This document shows positions 59,837 to 64,000 of a stretch of 64,000 nt of DNA, one piece after another (the first letter of the stretch is position 1; each line of letters starts with the position of its first letter). The stretch covers positions 5,684 to 69,683 of the forward strand of contig JAHLWZ010000475.1 in NCBI GenBank assembly GCA_020536535.1, given 5' to 3'. The notes under the pieces were generated by a model. The model saw nothing but the letters and a program-made list of their open reading frames with translations. It did not search any database and was not told the origin of the DNA. Position numbers and translations under genes: made by a program. This DNA comes from Pelomyxa schiedti. Taxonomy: Eukaryota > Protista > Evosea.

Positions 59837-61137
59837 TTATCTCTGGCCAAAAAAAGAAGTGTGCCACAACATGACATTAATGAACGGTGTTCGACGTGAA
59901 ATCATAGGTGTTTTTTTTGTTTGTTTGTTAGACACCTCGTCGTCCAACAACGTCTGTTCATTCCATTCCAAGTACAGTTCAATTTCCTTTTGTTCCACAA
60001 CTTCTGAGAGTGAAGCAGAAAGATGCCAGTGTTTTGCTTGTATCAGCCCAGGCTCCATCTGCGGACCTCATTGAGTCACCCATTGACGCCAGGTAAATCT
60101 CGCCCTGTGCCGGGTGCACTACAATCTCGATGTATGACTCTATGTCAACCACACAGCTCTTCCACTCGTTAGTAACTCTCTTTGTCTCTTCGACACTGGC
60201 AGGTATTTCTGGGGTGGTTGGGATTAATTGAGAAATGGTTGAGGGATTACTGTAGAATAAGGATACAGTGGAAGAAATAACAGGCTCTGGGAGCTTGTGC
60301 AGGATTGATTGACCTTGTTTAGAACCACATAGAAAAAGAGTCGCTACCTGGGCGTTGGATTCTGGTGAATTTGAGTAACTACGGCTTGAGGAGGAGGAAC
60401 AATACCATTGAAAGGCCTGAATTTCATTAGGGCTCGGGGCATCATTATGGTCGTCTTCCAATTTTCATTGCTTGCTGGGGAGAAGGCTTTGTTCTCGTCA
60501 TGTCGTTTAGTCAGAAACTCACAGTGGCCAGTGGCCATGGTTTGCCGTGGTGGAACGACATGCATGCACAACAGTTGCTTTTATTCTTTTTTCAATATCG
60601 TTTATTTACACAAAAAAAAAAAAAAAAACAAAAGAAAAAAACACAAAAATGGTGATATCTAAGATGGTGAAGTGTGGGTTCAACCTTTATCCTGCGGGGA
60701 TTCCGCTCAGACCACATATAGGTGTAAACGCCAAAGCACAATTGCGACGCTGACAGGTTCGAGAACGCCACAGCCACAGGGCCTGCCTTCATTCCCACGT
60801 CCACCTCGACCTTCACGCCCGAGCCCGGGGGCGACGACGACGAGGAGGAAGAGGATGTGGTGGTGGTGCTGCTGCACACGGGAGCCGAGGCCGGCGCAGA
60901 GGTTGGGGCGCGGGCTGCCGGGCAGGAGCTGCTCCCCTGCCCCACAACGGTGCCCTCCGCGACGCACGCAGCAAGGTGGTCGCACAGGCTGCCGGGGGAG
61001 TTGAAGTAGGGCGCCGTGGGGCCCCAGTCGTTGGGGGGGTCCGGCTCTGCCTGCGGAAACACCGCCACCATCGCCAGGTCACTCACTCGCGGCAGAGTCA
61101 ACGGCTTCGCCTTGGCGGTGCCGTGTGATGAACCCAT
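59837..61137 (-). CDS. Hypothetical multi-exon protein; boundaries uncertain
   Basis: GC-rich first exon from ATG 61137. Downstream exons include TLFLCGSKQGQSILHKLPEPVI. A 43-nt GT-AG intron joins LASM|AKHWHLSASL in phase. Confidence 0.45.
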
Positions 61138-61335
61138 CACCGGTGTGCTGTAACGCCCTTTTCCTTTCTTTACACGAACTTTCAAACCGAAGAAAAAACA
61201 GAGATTCAGAAGTTTGTGGGGATGGTTTTTTCTTTAATTCAAAATTCATTTGTGATGGGGCTTCCGCCTCTGACACCTTGTGTTGTATGTGTTTGTTGCT
61301 CGATATGAAACGGGGTTTGATGAAAAGTTAATCGC

Positions 61336-63001
61336 TCAGTTGGAAGAGTTTCTCTTGGCAGGGATGGCCTTCACCTGGAGGGCAAGCTGCTTTCCGAGAG
61401 CGAAACTAAAGTCTAGGTTAACTGGAGCTACGAGAAAGGGTTGAATGCATACCCATTGGCAAGCTCGGCGGCTAGAGGGGCACCATTGAAGGAGAGGTTT
61501 CCGGTAATATCCCAGTCAATTCCGGTAGTCAGCTCATTGAATTCCTTCTATGGAATTGTGAGTGCAGAGATGGCGTTTGCATGAAGTTATACCTGCTTAC
61601 TGCCCTCTGCCCATCCGTAGGACCCAAACCAGAGTACCTTCTTCTTGTTGAAGTGGGCATGGTGGACATATGAGAGAAGGTCTTTCATTGGTGGGAAAAT
61701 GCCATAGTTGTATGTGGGGCAAGCTAGAGCCAATCCAGCACACCTCCACATTACACCGAGGACTGTTGAGGTGTCAGTCTCGGGAATTTTGAGAACAGTC
61801 GCTCTAACTCCTTCACTGAAAAACAGTGAGCGCCACTACTAGTGGGGTGGAAAGATACCTTGCTATACCACTAACAACAGACTTAACCATTGCTTCAGTA
61901 TTGCCATACATGGAGCCATAGACAACTGCAACTTCTGGCTCGGCATAGTCAGCTGCATAACCAGCATAGCGCAGGAAACGGTTAATGATAAGTGCTGGAT
62001 TTCCTCTCCACAATAGACCATGTGCTGGTGCTATCATTCTAGACAGTTTGTCAGGTCTTGTAAGTACTACAAAGAAAAATTCATACTTGATTGGGATGCC
62101 ATCAAACTTAGCAATGGCTTTTGGGACATGGGCACTGAACATTGCAACAATGCTAGCATAATAACGAAGAGTCTCTGATTCCCATAACTCAGCGTCAGCC
62201 TGCAAATGTATTAGATTCCCAAAAGTGAACAGTGAAACAGTACAGGAGGCATTTCATCATCAAAAAGATAGCCTCTGTGAGCTCCGAAGCTGCCAAAAGC
62301 GTCACTTGAGAAGGCAATTTGCGTTTGGGATTCGTATGTAACCATGCTATCAGGCCAGTGCACTAAAAAATTTTAAGCGAGCTTTCCTGGGACATTAAAG
62401 AGAATACCATTTGGAATTTCCACAAAAGTGAATGATTTTCCAGCACCCAAGTCAAGTGTATCACCAGTCTTAACGACAGTTACTCTGTCAGTAATGTGGT
62501 AAAATGCCTCAATAAGTTTTGCTCCCTTCGCTGATGCAATTATCTGTGACAAAATGAGAAAAAACCGAACAGGGTTGTTAGTTAAAATACAGTTGCATTT
62601 GGAGCAAGCTCCCTCATCGTCCTCAAGAATCCACTGTGGTCAGGTTCCAAGTGATTCATGATAATGTAGTCGATAGTGGCAGGAGCAACATTAATAGAGC
62701 GAAGTTTGTCCATCAATTCTGTAGAGGCGCCAGCCCACCCCTCTCTTACCTTTTGAGGAAAACGAGTAAGAGAACGAAAGCAAACAATGAGTATTGTACA
62801 TACCAACTCAATGATCGCGGTGCGATCTCCTTTTATGACGTAAGAGTTCAACGCAACACCATGAGGTAGCGGCCACATTCCCTACAAACACAGGGTAAGT
62901 TGACGTGTGTAGAAAAGAAAAAAATAACTAACCTCGAAGAGTTCCTCGGTCCTGACGTTAGATCCAACCCACCAGACACCATCTGCGATTGCTTGTGCCA
63001 T
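61336..63001 (-). CDS. fprA: Flavodiiron protein (FprA/A-type flavoprotein; O2/NO reductase)
   Basis: LFE|GMWPLPHGVALNSYVIKG. Diiron ligands NHLEPDH, VHWPD, SSDAFG and APAHG. Flavodoxin motifs YGSMYGNTE, ACPTYN and FGSYGWAEG. Nine canonical introns restore one frame. Confidence 0.95.
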
Positions 63002-63485
63002 TTTCTTTGACGCGTGTAATATCGAGGTACCGCTCTTGGCTTTGTTGCTTTGGTTTGGGTTTTTATTTGTGTTTTGGTGATGAGTAATCTTTGAGGTTAA
63101 AAAGCCTGGCCATTTGATGTGATGAAGAATCCAGATGCCCTTATTTGGATGTTTTCCGAACTCGTTCCTCTTCTGCAGTGGAAGTTCTTCCTTCTTTCTG
63201 CCGCTTTGCCGCGAAAACGAATCTCAGGAGGGCTTTTTCGTGGCCGGCATGGTGAACGCGAAATGAAAAAGCGAAAAAGTGAAACATCCTCCATGTGCTG
63301 GTGCCATTGTTCTTCACTTTGGACAAAACAAGTGCATGTTTGTTGTTGTGTTTTGGTTTTTGTTTTTGGTGACAGTGTTTAGGGGATGTTCAAACAAAAT
63401 CCGTTTTTGAACAGATGTTGAACAAGTAGATTATAACTACTATTGGTTGGGCTCAAACAAATGTGGCAATTGGCCAGTGTGTGCA

Positions 63486-64000
63486 TCAAGGCAGAGGTTC
63501 GACTGAGGGATGTTGTCCTGAAGCTACTCTTTTCAGCTCTTCTTCCCACTCTTTCTGGTAGATTCGTCTGTGTGGATCAAAAAGATTGTACAAGTCTTCT
63601 CTGTCCCAGTCAAATGAGTGACCCACATTCACCCTTGAGTGACTGAGTTTGATAGTTCCATGAATTTGGTTCCATACCTTCTGATTCCTAGTGCCGGTGA
63701 CATAGCACGTTCCTCTTTCTTTCTGCACTGCTGCATTATACACACGGACAACAGTGCAGTACTAAGACCCAGAATCGCACAGAAAGCACACAACGAAATC
63801 CGCGGAGTGATCACTGACGGGAGTGTGCTGTATGTCCCAATGACTGAAAGCATATGCGAGGCGATGATAATGTATTCACTGGATAAGTCTGGATGAAGTA
63901 CTGACACCTCTGTGGATATGCGGAAGCGGAAAATAATATGTTACGAGTGCGATGACTTTCTTGGATTGTACCTGCTGCGTACTGCGAGAGTACAGGAACT
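63486..64000 (-). CDS. 3' end of a hypothetical single-pass membrane protein (partial)
   Basis: TM-like ISLCAFCAILGLSTALLSVCIM followed by a basic stretch. A phase-2 intron joins GIR|RVNVGHSFDWDREDLYNLFDPH...EPLP*. Confidence 0.5.

Noticed and set aside
1-64000. Alternative genetic code, recoding or non-canonical introns
   Set aside because: In the conserved genes traced (fprA, RPS30, METTL18, actin-like, PDE), apparent stops and frameshifts were resolved by standard GT-AG introns. Not every intron in the window was checked.

Overview
This is a gene-dense eukaryotic nuclear window with about 24 protein-coding genes, short GT-AG introns (mostly about 40-60 nt, often with AAG acceptors), several microexons and intergenic gaps often of only 65-280 bp. 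The ORF track therefore shows only exon fragments. Gene content suggests an anaerobic flagellate amoebozoan such as a Pelomyxa-like archamoeba, but this is inference only: flavodiiron protein, PEX3, WDR90, WASP-like, DRP5A/Dlp-type dynamin, an LRR-DUSP and a Cache adenylyl cyclase. The standout is at 1-3571 (- strand). There a PINK1-like kinase is fused to an array of near-identical 146-bp exon+intron units, each an 84-nt LRR exon plus a 62-nt phase-1 intron. The few coding differences between units fall in the predicted ligand-binding strand and loop, and the most variable residue is the codon split by the intron. This is a candidate diversifiable intracellular receptor kinase. Other notable items are a membrane phosphodiesterase with an NMT1/THI5 solute-binding ectodomain, PEX3 head-to-head with a PTS2-like dehydrogenase, a Toc34-like tail-anchored GTPase, an intron-containing B12-type radical SAM gene, frame-required 7-nt and 13-nt microexons, and a CpG-free decayed spliced gene. 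No tRNA, rRNA, CRISPR array or intact transposon was recognised. All calls come from manual translation and motif recognition; no searches were run.
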